A DNA stretch of 64,000 bases, from NCBI GenBank assembly GCA_964016885.1, contig OZ024742.1:330832001-330896000 (forward strand). Direction: 5' to 3'. The stretch's first letter is position 1. Every line of letters starts with the position of its first letter. Under the pieces are notes generated by a model that was not told the DNA's origin, searched no databases, and saw only the letters and a program-made list of their open reading frames with translations. Of this stretch, positions 1-12,037 are shown in pieces. This DNA is from Eledone cirrhosa. Its lineage: Eukaryota. Made by a program: the position numbers and the translations under genes.

Positions 1-1789
1 CATTTTTTCCGAAATATTGAATATAAAATGATACTATCATTCTACCGAATTATCGCTTAATCTTAATTAAATCAGAATTTAACATTAATATTAATAGCTG
101 ATAGTTTTATAATTTCAATTATGATCTCTACTGACCCGTACATTCGCTGTGCCCAAACATGTCCATGCATATGATACAATTTCACAATCCATATGGAAAT
201 GTGTAATATAAGTAATGGCATGTATTATATTATCATATATCATAATTACACACAAGTGTGGTATTACTGTTTCTGAGCACATCATGACAAGTTTAAGCTA
301 ATTTTCTCTTAGGACCTAACATAAACGAGCCCGTATGAAATCGGCCATGCTCAGATAATGGATAGGTGTACATTATAGTTTACGAGTTATTCATGTTTAT
401 ATTTTGTTTTGGAAAGTTAAGATATTATGAGCGAGTATAACTGGCACGTTATTAAACACATTTGAATAAGCATGTATTAGGATCCTTTACAATTTTCAAA
501 AGTATTTCTTACTAAATGGTCAATTAAACCTATATCCTCGTAGATGAGTTGTTTACACTATAATCCACAGGAAATGATGCCCCGTGGATCCTCTCCAGTA
601 ATTTTTCGTTATGCAATTCAGCGAGGTCGAGCCCTAGCTACAGAGTTATATTTAACATGTTGGCTTTGATTGAGTTTCATACGAAATAATATATCTTTCT
701 TACATTTGGAATCCGATATGTTTCGGGATTTCTTTGTCATTCAAGGATTTCTTGTTTCTGTGTAAGGATCTATCAATAATAATATAAAAATCAATAATGG
801 TCGATTATAATTGCGTTTTAATTGGCAAAACTACCCGATGCCGAATAATCAGAAAATGGCTGATGTGGCTGATATCGATTATTTGCGGAACAATCGGTGA
901 TAAATTACTAGCAATTTTGGGATATTGTTTAGTAAAAGGAAAACGCCAACTCGGATATTTCATCAATGTCTAGAAGAATATTTATTTTATACACTCTCTC
1001 TTTGTTCACAGTCATTTTATGAGGTATATTTTAGACAATACTTATATATATTTACCACTCGTTACTTGGAACAGAGGAGGTACCGAGATCATAGCAATTT
1101 TGTTTGGAAAGTAGATTTTATACGTTGAAAGATTATATACTAAACCCTCGTTTAACCTAATTCCATTTCTATATCAACTGAAAATAATATTTAGATGTGC
1201 TGATACTTCTGTTGCAAATATTTAATTTGTATTTTTAACATCTACAAAACAAAATGTTTTTCCTTAATGTAAGTCAAAACAGTATAATGTTAAAAGAATT
1301 AGAAATAACAACTTGCATGAATTATTTGTTTTATAGCCATATCAGCACCCAAAATGAACATCATGTGAGACCATTAGTACACTGGCCTACTTTCCCCTCC
1401 TACCATCACTATAACAGCCCACACTTCTCTATCTTTTGCTAAGTACCACCAGTGTGTTGTATTTCGAATGAATAACATCCCATCACCAATGTACACATGG
1501 AAAGGAAAAACAAAAATAAAATAATTTAAGACGTTTCGAATGTGCATTACATGTGTGATGCATGACAACAAGCAGAAGTTGAATATGTAAAACTGTCCCA
1601 CTTCTTTTTTCATCTTATTGTTATTCCGTAAGAAACCGTATCTGTAATACCCTACGGCGTGGATTGCTTATGCTTGAATACCCTATAGTTTGTTGAATGT
1701 ACACGTGGATGCTCGAGAGAAATCTGCCGACTTCATGAACGTTAACGAAACGAGTTGCTCAGGAACTACAATGGGTCTCCTGACGGCTG

Positions 1790-2275
1790 GTTTTGACAGT
1801 AAAATCTGCCCGGCACGTAAGCAATTCCAATCGGTATGATAATCACAATTTTCCAAAAGGCCGACAAAAGAGATGGCTCCAACTATAGAAGGTTTTACAT
1901 GTTAAACCATGTCCCGTAAATTCTTTTTTGAGTATCAGGTAAAGAGATGTAGGGAGATTGTCGAATCTAAGCTTGATGACGAACAGTGTGGATTTCTTCC
2001 CGGATGTAGCGCAGTCGACTAAATATTCACATTGCAACGGATCTTTTAAAAATGGTGGAAGTATGGTCATGAAGTGTATTCTTGTTTTGTAAAGGCATAT
2101 GACCGCTTTCCACGGAATCTGTTCGGGTTTAGCAGGAGTATGTGATCGGCCGACAGTTTTTTGTTGCTTTGATAAGGCCCTACTCTTTCTCTTTGGATAA
2201 GAGGTTCTAACTCGAATCTATTCATTGCGGTGGTCGGATTACACCAATGGTGCGTAGTTTCGCCTATCTTGTACA
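1790..2275 (+). mobile_element. Degenerate RTE-clade LINE reverse transcriptase fragment
   Basis: Manual translation gives IVESKLDDEQCGFLPGCSAVD*IFTLQRIF*KWWKYGHEVYSCFV-KAYDRFPR and VVGLHQWCVVSPILY, matching the QxGFR / KAYD / GLRQGCVLSP motifs. Several stops; truncated by (TA)n. Confidence 0.8.
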
Positions 2276-2377
2276 TATATATATATATATATATATATGT
2301 GGTGGCTCATTCTATATGCTTGTTTGTGTCTGGCTAGTTCCTCCACTGATTTCATTTATTTTTGTTGTGTTAACACT

Positions 2378-2463
2378 GGTCTGAGGATCAGGCAGACTTA
2401 TAGTCTAGTCTTGGCTGCCAACCAAGTTCATGAGCCGGCTGCTTGAGAAACATTTGTAACCTG
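2378..2463 (+). ncRNA. Type I hammerhead ribozyme in a TA-bounded module (about 2299-2588)
   Basis: ggt-CTGAGGA-tcaggcag...ctgcttga-GAAA-cattt-GTA-acc: core intact, 8-bp stem II, stems I and III closable. Confidence 0.8.
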
Positions 2464-2608
2464 AATTGAGCAATTAATCTCCAATATAACAACTCCGCTT
2501 TGTTTTTATAGTATACACCTTTGTCTGCATTGAGTGGTGGCCTTGGTTCTCTCAGCAGTTTTCTTTGGATTTACTGAATTTTCTGAATATATATACAGTA
2601 TATGTATG

Positions 2609-2682
<74 letters not shown>

Positions 2683-3293
2683 CAACGACAAGTATTAGAT
2701 TTGTAGAAATTTCAAGAAAAAATAACAAATTTCTACAAATTTCATAATTGAGGACCCAATATATATATGTATATATATATGTATGTATGTATATATGTCT
2801 ATCTTGGTGTGGCTCAGTCGTCTATCTTAATTCAAATCCATATGTGTAGTTGGAAGGTTATTAATTGCGTATAAACCACGAAAATATATCCTACTCTCAC
2901 ACCCGAAACAATCAAAACTACAAAATAATCCAATCAATTCAGTTACAAAAGAAAACCAATTCTCAAGTGTCAAATTCTAATACATAAACGAAAGGCGGAA
3001 ACATCTACCGTGCTAGATACACGAATCACTTTCATTCTTACTGTTATTGGGACGATGAGAGCCATCCGAAATCCCTTCGTGTTGAACTAGCATTTTAGGC
3101 GCATTTACAATGTTATGAACTAAGAAAATGCTTTCGCAATTCTGTTTGCTTGCACCATAAGGCAACAACATTCTGATGTTTATCTAAAGCGCTCTAAAAT
3201 TAGTATTACTATAGTTGACAATACAATTTCTACGTGATGTAAATCGTTGTCTCTCGCTTAATGAACCACGCTCAATTTACGAGATCTTAACAG

Positions 3294-3566
3294 GGATCGA
3301 TGTTTCAAATGCATTATCAAGCAAAATGGAATTATATGTAAGCCTGTAGCGTTAAAACAGCCAACATACCTCCTGTGGGATACAGCCACATACGAAGCCA
3401 GGCAAACCAGAATAGTTGTGAGCTGAAATAATTGTATATATTCTACCAGAAAAGCATTTCCATCACAGCTCTAACAAATACACAGAATAAAGCAACTGTT
3501 TATCTTCCTCTTACCATCCGACATACGATAAATGTTCAGAGATCATATATCAAACAGAAGAAAAAA
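3294..3566 (+). other. Possible host exons (3294-3337 and 3450-3566), unidentified
   Basis: AG/GTAAG boundaries and compatible phases give IDVSNALSSKMELY|KSISITALTNTQNKATVYLPLTIRHTINVQRSYIKQKKK. No recognised homology. Confidence 0.2.
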
Positions 3567-3848
3567 GTAAGTAAATAGGTGTAAATACAACCATTTTTTT
3601 TTTTATGCTGAACAAATAAGAAACAACTGTCTATTAAACATTTTCTCTGAATAGATTACATTTTCCCAAGTATATCTAAATATAAAAAATAAAACATTAA
3701 CTCCCATATTTGCTTTCTATTCCCAGGCATGTACACTTCTAATATGATCATATATGTAAAGTAAATGAATTTACAAATGCACACACACACACACACAGAG
3801 ACACACACACTCACACAAGTATATTATATATATTTATATATATATAAA

Positions 3849-3885
<37 letters not shown>

Positions 3886-4067
3886 CTAAATTGTAAATAT
3901 ATATATATACACATAAATTATAGTAGTAATCGGGTGATTTTAGTTGAACATTTGTAACACGTGTCAGTTTCATAATATATATTAATCCTACAATTGCGAA
4001 ATTGGTGTATTCATGTACATTATTAATTTCTGTCTCTCTCTCTCTCTTTGGCCTCCGCTCTTTCTCT

Positions 4068-4128
<61 letters not shown>

Positions 4129-4133
<5 letters not shown>

Positions 4134-4150
4134 CAACTAGAAATTGATTG

Positions 4151-4183
<33 letters not shown>

Positions 4184-4805
4184 AAATAAACATATGAAAC
4201 AATCACAGGGAATAATTTGTATAGTATGTAAGCACACACAGCTAGGTGGGTAACTGATTAAAGTTTAACTAGAACTTCAAAAACTTCAAATATAGAAACC
4301 TTTTAAAATTATTAATCTCCTTTGTATATATTTTATTAAATAAAGAAATGTATTTCACCATCAATCGGTAAACCACAGTAGTCAAATCCAGTATTTTCAC
4401 CAAAGGAGAAGATTCAACTATCTGTGTTTACACACCAAATTCAAATCTGTGAGTGACTCGTAGCACGTGTTGCATTTTTAAAAAATACACACATAGTACC
4501 AGCGCCATCCTAATGCCATGAATAGGATTATCGACAGCAAGAAATAGCAGCCTTGTCCATTCAAGTCAGTTAGCTGTATTTGAAGTTCTAGTTAAACTTT
4601 AATTAGTGATCAACCTAGCTGCGTGTGTTTACACACTTTATAAATTATTCCCTGTGATTGTTTCACATGTTTATTTTATATATATATATATATGTCAATC
4701 AATTTCTAGTTGATATAAAATGCTCGGATCTATTCATTGGAATATTTGAGCATATTTTGCAGTGGATATGGCGCATGTCTCTCAAGTATGACACCCTTTT
4801 AATTT

Positions 4806-4808
<3 letters not shown>
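4129..4808. mobile_element. Fold-back PLE-terminus module, same family as 54477-55367
   Basis: About 4129-4280 is an inverted copy of about 4577-4714. A decayed HHR on the minus strand at 4317-4408 retains an 8-bp stem I (ctcctttg/caaaggag). Bounded by (TA)n. Confidence 0.7.
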
Positions 4809-4877
<69 letters not shown>

Positions 4878-5459
4878 TTATGTAAGTTGTCAACTAACTA
4901 GAGTTGTGCTATCCACACTCACAATCAGTCACGTTGTTGTCAATAAAGTAGTGCACTCGACAACACGTACCAATTCAAGTTCATTTTGGTAGTCCAAAGG
5001 GTCCAGAGGATAGAGTAAATATTAGCTACGACCATATAAAGTTTGGCATACATTTATGCAGATATTATACATATTTCTCTGGGTTCGATGATGATTTGGT
5101 TGTGATGGCACACAACCGAGTTAATCAGATAGTGTGAAGGGTTAAAGATAAGTAACTACTGATACGAGGGCTGGTAAGAGCCTCTTCCTATTTTGTTAGC
5201 CGGCCAACTAGATGGTAAGGGAATATATGCCGGCTATATGTTGACCCTCGTATGAATAAAATATAGATGTAGGTAATTTTAGCCCTGAATGCCACTTCAT
5301 GACCTCGGCCAGGTGGTTGCAAGCTGAACACATGACCTAAACATAGAGCCTATAGAATATATCTAAAATAGATGAATAAATGTTTGCACAATTTCATACG
5401 GCCTTCGCTAATATGTATTGTACGGTACACACACACAAACGGATATATATATATTTATA

Positions 5460-5543
<84 letters not shown>

Positions 5544-5554
5544 TATATATATAT

Positions 5555-5730
5555 ATGAGATTCTACAGGACTAGAACTGTTTCATTCATTAGAAATGGTT
5601 CAGAAATCTTCTAATGAATGAAACAGTTTTAGTCCTGTAGAATCTCATCTATATTAACACTTTTATACTCTGCAATGTATTGAGTACCTTACTTACTGTG
5701 GTTACCTCCGATTCAACCCGGAATAACGTA

Positions 5731-5733
<3 letters not shown>
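5555..5733 (+). repeat. Hairpin-headed TA-bounded module, probable PLE terminus
   Basis: Near-perfect inverted repeat 5555-5648 (atgagattctacaggacta...tagtcctgtagaatctcat) between (TA)n tracts. Confidence 0.6.
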
Positions 5734-5791
<58 letters not shown>

Positions 5792-5794
<3 letters not shown>

Positions 5795-6525
5795 AGGAAG
5801 TTATAGTTCACTTGAAGCATTGTGTAATGAGGTATAAACGTTTGTATTTGTAAAGCCAAAACAAAACATTATAGATATAGAATATAAATGCAAATGCAAA
5901 AGATATTGTTGACAATTAGTCTTTTACCTTAAATGTATTTAAATATCCTTAATTTTCGAGATAATATCTCTTCTTCGGAGGGAAGTAAAGTGGTTAAATC
6001 ATCGTTCTAAATAGCTTGCCAAATCATGCTGACAGGAAATGGTGTAGAGAATCTGATCTATCTCTAATGTCATTAGAGATAGAACAGATTCGGAGGGAAG
6101 TAATGTGCTTAAACCAGCGTTCTAAATAGCTTGCACAGTCATGCTGACAGGAAATGGTTTAGATAATCTGTTCTATCTCTAATGTCATTAACGATAGAAC
6201 AGATTCGGAGGGAAGCAAAGTGCTTAAACCAGCGTTCTAAATAGCTTGCCAAGTCATGCTGACAGGAAATGGTATAGAGAATCTGTTCTATCTCTAATGT
6301 CATTAGAGATAGAACAGATTCTCTATACCATTTCCTGTCAGCATGACTTGGCAAGCTATTTAGAACGCTGGTTTAACCACTTTACTTCTCTCCGAAGAAG
6401 AGATATTAACTCGAAAATTAAGGATATTTAAATAAATTTAAGGTTAACGACTAATTGTCAACAATATCATTTGCATTTATATTCTATATCCATACCTTCA
6501 TTGTTTTGCTTTACAAATACAGACG

Positions 6526-6527
<2 letters not shown>
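5792..6527. mobile_element. Palindromic PLE-terminus module with three 115-bp tandem units and two opposed HHRs
   Basis: Units start at 5974, 6089 and 6204; symmetry centre about 6300; arms homologous to 49275-49557 and 50920-51160. Confidence 0.85.
5946..5983 (-). ncRNA. Minimal hammerhead motif, CCGAAGA core variant
   Basis: cct-CCGAAGA-a-gagat-att-atctc-GAAA-ATT-A-agg. Other copies at 6388-6424(+), 49435-49472(-) and 51004-51042(+, decayed). Confidence 0.65.
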
Positions 6528-6588
<61 letters not shown>

Positions 6589-6670
6589 AAAAATTGAACG
6601 GGAACAAAACAGAGAGGCAGTACGAACAAAGGTTTAATAGTTTCATACTGTTAAGAGTGGGGTGGTGATG

Positions 6671-6707
6671 GGGAACGACGTTTCGGGCATAAGCCCTTCT
6701 TCAGGTG
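6671..6707 (-). ncRNA. Minimal hammerhead ribozyme of the PLE terminus
   Basis: c-CTGAAGA-a-gggc-ttat-gccc-GAAA-C-GTC with palindromic ACGT stem III; stem I weak. Confidence 0.75.
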
Positions 6708-8111
6708 AAAATTGTGTGGGAAGAGAGTTCCAAGGGTGTGTAGAGGAGTGGTGGAGAGACATATAGAAAAAAGGGGGTGAGAGGAAACGGTACAAATGAA
6801 ATTAAATATAAAAGCATAATAAAACTAAAAATAAACATGAAGTAAAACAGGTGATGGAAGGTTGTGGGGCGTGTAGGGTGGTGGCGGGTGGAGTGAGGAG
6901 AGGGAGGTGGGGTGTCCGAGCGGGGAGGGCTGAAGGTGGTGTGTGTGTGTAGGTGTACGTGTGTGTGTGTGTGTGTATGTGGAAGTAAGAGTTGGGGGGA
7001 AAGGACTCCGGAGGCTGAGTGTGTAAATATGTGGTGGTACGCACGTGTGTGTGTGGTGTTTATGCGTGTTGTGGATGTAGGTGGCGTGTAGGAAAAACAT
7101 TTTTTTGAGTGTACGTCAGTGGGTGGGTCCTTAAGGTAGTTCCGTAGAGGATGTGGTGGAATGCTGGGTAATATACTTGGGAGTAGTGGATTCTAGGGAT
7201 CTTCAATATATGTAATCCGTGGTTGGTCGGAAGAGGGGATATGTAGGGTGCGCGTGGATCAGGAAAGGGTCAGAGGGTCAAGGCAGGAGGAGGGTTGTGT
7301 GTCTGTGTGTGCGGGGAGCTGGTCAGAGATAAGAGCATAGCAGCAGTCGCGTACAATGGTAAGTGAAGAAAGTCAGTGTGTCAGTGTGTGCGGAGGTGCG
7401 GTGAACAGGGGAGAGGATGGGTATGTGTGAAAGTTGGAGTGAGGAGGGTATGTGTGTGTATTAGTAGAGGTGTTAGTGGGATGTGTGTGTGTGAGAGAAA
7501 GGGTGTGGGTGGAGCGGGGAGAGAAGAGTGTGGGGGTCGGTGGAGGGAGTGTAGTGTACTGGTGTGTGTGTGCGTGTTTGGGTGAGTGTGTGTGTGGTGA
7601 AGGGGGGGGGGGGTGTTAGTGGGTGTTAGAATACTGGAGGTGGGGAAAGGGTTGAATGTGGGTGTGAGTGGGGGTCAGTGGTGGTAGGGTGTGTAGAGCG
7701 GGTGGTATAAGTGGGTGTGTGTGTTCGTTTGCGTAGGCTTAGGGAGTGTTAGTGATGTTAGTTGCGTGTAGAGTGGGTGGTGTAAGTCGGTGTGTGTGTT
7801 CGTGTGCGTGAGGTAGGGGGGTGTTAGTGATGTTAGTTGCGGGGTGGTGGGGTGGATGTGTGGGGGTGAGGGTTAGTGGTGGTAGTAGGGTGTGTGTTTA
7901 GTGTGAGCGCGTGTACATGTTCCGGTGGGTGTGTGTTTGTGATAAGGGGAGGGGGAGAAGAGGGGAGGGATGTTAGTATGTTAGTTGGGGAAGGGTGGTC
8001 GGGTGTGGGGTGGAGGTGTTAGTATTGTTAGTTGTGGGGTGGGCGGTGAAAAGGAGGGGTGTGTTATTGGTGTTGATGGGGGAGTGCGTGGGTGGAGGGG
8101 GCGGTCGAAGG

Positions 8112-10589
8112 CTAAAGGAATAAGGGTGGGGAATACAGACCGGGGGGAGTGTGGGTCTGTAGAGTGAAGATGGTTCGTTGTTCGACCCTGAGGAGAGTGG
8201 CGGGTGTTACGTGGCATTGGAGTAGGCCATGGACTGTGAGGTGGTGTGCGGAATGTCCAGGGGCACCAAAGTGGAGGGCAAGGGGGGAATTACCACCGAG
8301 ACGGATGTCTCTGAAGTGTTCGGTAAACAAGTCCGCCAGGCGACGTCCAGTCTGTCCGACGTAGGTTGCGCTGCTCTCCTTGCAGCGAAGTCCGTAGACT
8401 AGGTTGGAGGAGGTGAAGCGGAAGGCATGCCGCACAGAGAAAGAGTGGCCGTTGGGATCCTGGAAGGTGGTGGTGTTGGTGATGTGGGGACAGGTGTTGC
8501 AGCGGGGCCTGGAACAAGGAAGGGAACCGGGGAGGTAGGGAGCTGTGGACGAGGATGTTACGGAGATTGCGTTCGCGTTTGAAGGAGGGGAGTGGTGGGG
8601 CTGGGAAGATGTGGGAGGTGGAGGGGTTGGACTGGAGGCGGAGGAAGAGGCGGAGGATGGTGCGGTGGAGGGGTATGGTGGAGGGGTGGTAGGTGATGGG
8701 GAAGGTGAGACTTTTGATAGGTGTGCGGTGGCGTGGGGTGAGGGTGGTGGAGCGATGAACAGCACGGGCGCGGGTGAGAGCGGTGTGGACGAGAGAGGGG
8801 GAGTAACCTCTGCGGATGAAATGGCTGACTAGGGAAAGGGACTGGGACTCAAAGTTAGCATCTCGACTACAGAGGTGGCGCATCCTGAGGAGTTGGGAGT
8901 AGGGAATAGAGTGTTTAGTGTGTGTATGGTGGGAAGAGGTGAAGTCGAGGTAGGAGTGGGAGTCGGTGGGTTTGAAGAAGGCGGAGGTGACGAGGGAGCG
9001 GTGGGAGGGGTCGAAGGCGACGGAGATGTCTAAGAAGTGGACGTGGGTGGTGGAGATAGAGGTGGTGAAGTGGAGGGATAGGTGGAAGGAGCAGAAGAAA
9101 GAGAGAAAGGAGTCGAGCTGTTCTCGGGTGAGGGTCCTGGCTCCGATACAGTCGTCGATGTAACGACCGTACAGTTCAGGCGTGGGGCCGGTGTACTGGC
9201 CAAAGATTTTGGCTTCAACATGGCCAACGAAAAGGTTGGCATAGTTTGGGCCCATTCTTGTACCCATGGCTACCCCCGTGACCTGTTGTTAAAACTTACC
9301 CGAGAAGGAGAAACAGTTGAGGGTGAGGACCAGCTCGGCGAGGCGAAGGAGGGTGGGAGTGGAGGGGATGAGGGAGGGTCGAAGGTCGAAGTAGTGCTTG
9401 AGGGCACGTAGGCCGTCGGCGTGGGGGATGACGGAATAGAGGGACTTGATATCTAGGGTGGAGAGAAAGGACTGTGGGCCAGGTGGGTAGGTGAAGGAGT
9501 CGAAAAGGCGCAGGGCATGGTTGGTGTCGGAGATGTGGGAGGGGAGGGTGGTAATAAGGGGGGCGAGGATGGAGTCAAGAAAGGCGGAGATGAGTTCGGT
9601 GGAGCAGTTGCAAGCGGAGGCGATGGGGCGGCCGGCGTTTTCGGGTTTGTGGAGTTTGGGGAGGAAGTAGATGGTGTGGGTGCGGGGGGTGCGGACGATG
9701 AGGTGGGAAGAAGTGGGGGGAAGAGGGAGGAGGAGACAAGGTGTTGGATGGTGGAGGAAACTTGTTGTTGTTAGAGGGTAGAGGGTGGTATAAGAGGGGG
9801 TTACGGAGCTGCCTGAGGGCTTCGGCCGTGTAGAGGTCCGCGCGCCACACCACCACGGCGCCTCCCTTGTCCGCCGGTTTGATGACGATGTCATCTCGGC
9901 TAGGGAGGGAGCGGAGCGCGAGGAGTTCGCCCCGTGAGATGTTATTCCGTTTAGAACGGTGGCGGAAGTCGAAACGATTTACGGCGCTACGGCTGGCATC
10001 GACGAACGCGTCCAGGGTGTTAAACTGCCCTGGGGCCGGCGTCCAAGAAGATGGTCGTCGGCCCAGGGCGAGAAACTGGTCTGGGGCGTTCGGAGCCGGT
10101 GGCGTTTGCCGAAATGTGCCTGTAGCTTCGTGCGTCGAACGAATCGCTCGACTTCCGTTCGGGTGTGGAACTCGTCGCTGTGCGGAGTGTGGGGTATGAA
10201 GCGAAGGCCTCTACTAAGGAGTGAGAGCTCAGGTGCGGAGAGGGGGAAGTCAGGGGGTATGGTGACAACAAGTGGTGGGGTTTGGCTGTGTGAGGGAGGA
10301 AGGGAGGGTGTGGTGAGGAGTGAGGTGGAGGGTGGAGATTGGGTAGGGGTATGGGTAGAGGGAGGGGTGGATAGTGGTGGGATGGGTGTTATGGGTGTGG
10401 GGGGCTCATAGGGATGGGCGGGTGGTGGTGGATGGGGGTGGTTGGGAGTAGTGAGTGTAGCTTACGGGCTTTGGTGGAGGTGAGGAAGGAGAAGAGGTCG
10501 TGGTTGAGGTTTTGGATGAAGATGAGGATGGCGTCGGCGAGGAGGGGATGGCAGGTGGAGTTAAGGTGGAGGAGGGTGGGGGTCAGTTG
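8112..10589 (-). pseudogene. Frameshifted PLE polyprotein (reverse transcriptase + GIY-YIG endonuclease)
   Basis: Motifs [110 protein letters not shown]. Split over several frames. Confidence 0.93.
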
Positions 10590-10935
<346 letters not shown>

Positions 10936-10955
<20 letters not shown>

Positions 10956-11780
10956 AGTATGAATAAAATCGACCCAACCCTCACATGAACCCTACCGTAA
11001 AAAATGCGGAAGACTCAACTGTGGTATATGCGTAAATCTAATAAAAGTTTCAACATTCCACTTTAAACAAGGACAATATTTCACAGTTAAATATAACTTT
11101 ACATGTGCATGTGAAAACCTAATCTATGTTTTGACCTGCTCAGGTTGTTGAGAACACTACATAGGACGGACAAAAAATAGCCTCCGGCAACGTATGACTG
11201 TCCATAGATCACAAATCAAAATACAGGAATAGAGAAAGATAGCTCTTAGTGAACATATCGCCAACTGTGCACCAGACCAACTACCAAACTCTAGAATTTT
11301 CCACATCTATAAATTCATAGACAATGCTTCTTTCATCCAACGCACTAATAACGAAACGTACTTCATTAACAAATTCCAACCCCTTGTAAATGGCTAGAAT
11401 GAACAGTCAAAATAAATGGATTACCCCTCACCTCTCTTTCCCCTACCATGCCTTCCCACCCTTAATAACCTTCCCCTGTATATTAATTATCTAAAAAGGG
11501 AAAACACATCCAATCCCAGATGGCCATTTGCATCCTCAAAAAAGGAAACATTCCCAGCAATCTCGACTAAAACAATGCTAGCACTGCTTCTCTTCAAATA
11601 CAATATTTGTAAATAATATTATTTCCTCTTCCACATTACTTCCATTACTTCCTCTACCATGTTTCTGTTCTGCAATTGGTACAGACACAATTTTGAAAAT
11701 ACATAAAAAGCTGAAACCGGTAATTGTAAATAAATAAATAGATACATTAATGTTTTGAAACGTTACAGAAAGAAAGTTAA
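10936..11780 (+). mobile_element. 5'-truncated PLE: GIY-YIG pseudogene (about 11000-11398), UTR and decayed HHR (11687-11727)
   Basis: KCGRLNCGIC...FTCACENLIYVLTCSGC*EHYIGRTKNSLRQRMTVHRSQI...ETYFINKFQPLVNG*; then acaat-tttgaaaa...GAAA-CCGG-TA-attgt. Confidence 0.85.
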
Positions 11781-11908
11781 TTTGTTTTAAACATTCTCTA
11801 ACCCCGGAAAAATATAACGTAAATAAATATAGTTTTCTTCTTAATAATCGTTTTTCCCCCTCTCTCTCACTCTCTACTATCTTTCTCTCTCGCTTTCTCT
11901 ATAAATAA

Positions 11909-11943
<35 letters not shown>

Positions 11944-12037
11944 CAAATATAGATATACAATATATATACAAATATTTATAAATATATGTGTATATGTATA
12001 TAAATATATATTCATATATATATATATATATATATAT

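Larger units (their letters stand above)
6586..10589 (-). mobile_element. Penelope-like retroelement (Neptune-like), 5'-truncated, with about 1.5 kb of 3' UTR
   Basis: GC-rich block bounded on both sides by (TA)n; contains RT and GIY-YIG ORF pieces and a terminal HHR. Partial copies at 58228-59817 and about 60497-60590. Confidence 0.93.

Noticed and set aside
2687-2758. Small imperfect hairpin between TA tracts
   Set aside because: Too short and AT-rich to assign; no ribozyme core.
5974-6320. Regularly spaced repeats resembling a CRISPR array
   Set aside because: Whole 115-bp units repeat with no unique spacers, no cas genes, eukaryotic context.
11140-11160. In-frame TGA next to a CxxC as possible selenocysteine
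   Set aside because: Both cysteines are present, the TGA is at a non-Cys position, and the same frame has a TAG stop; ordinary decay.
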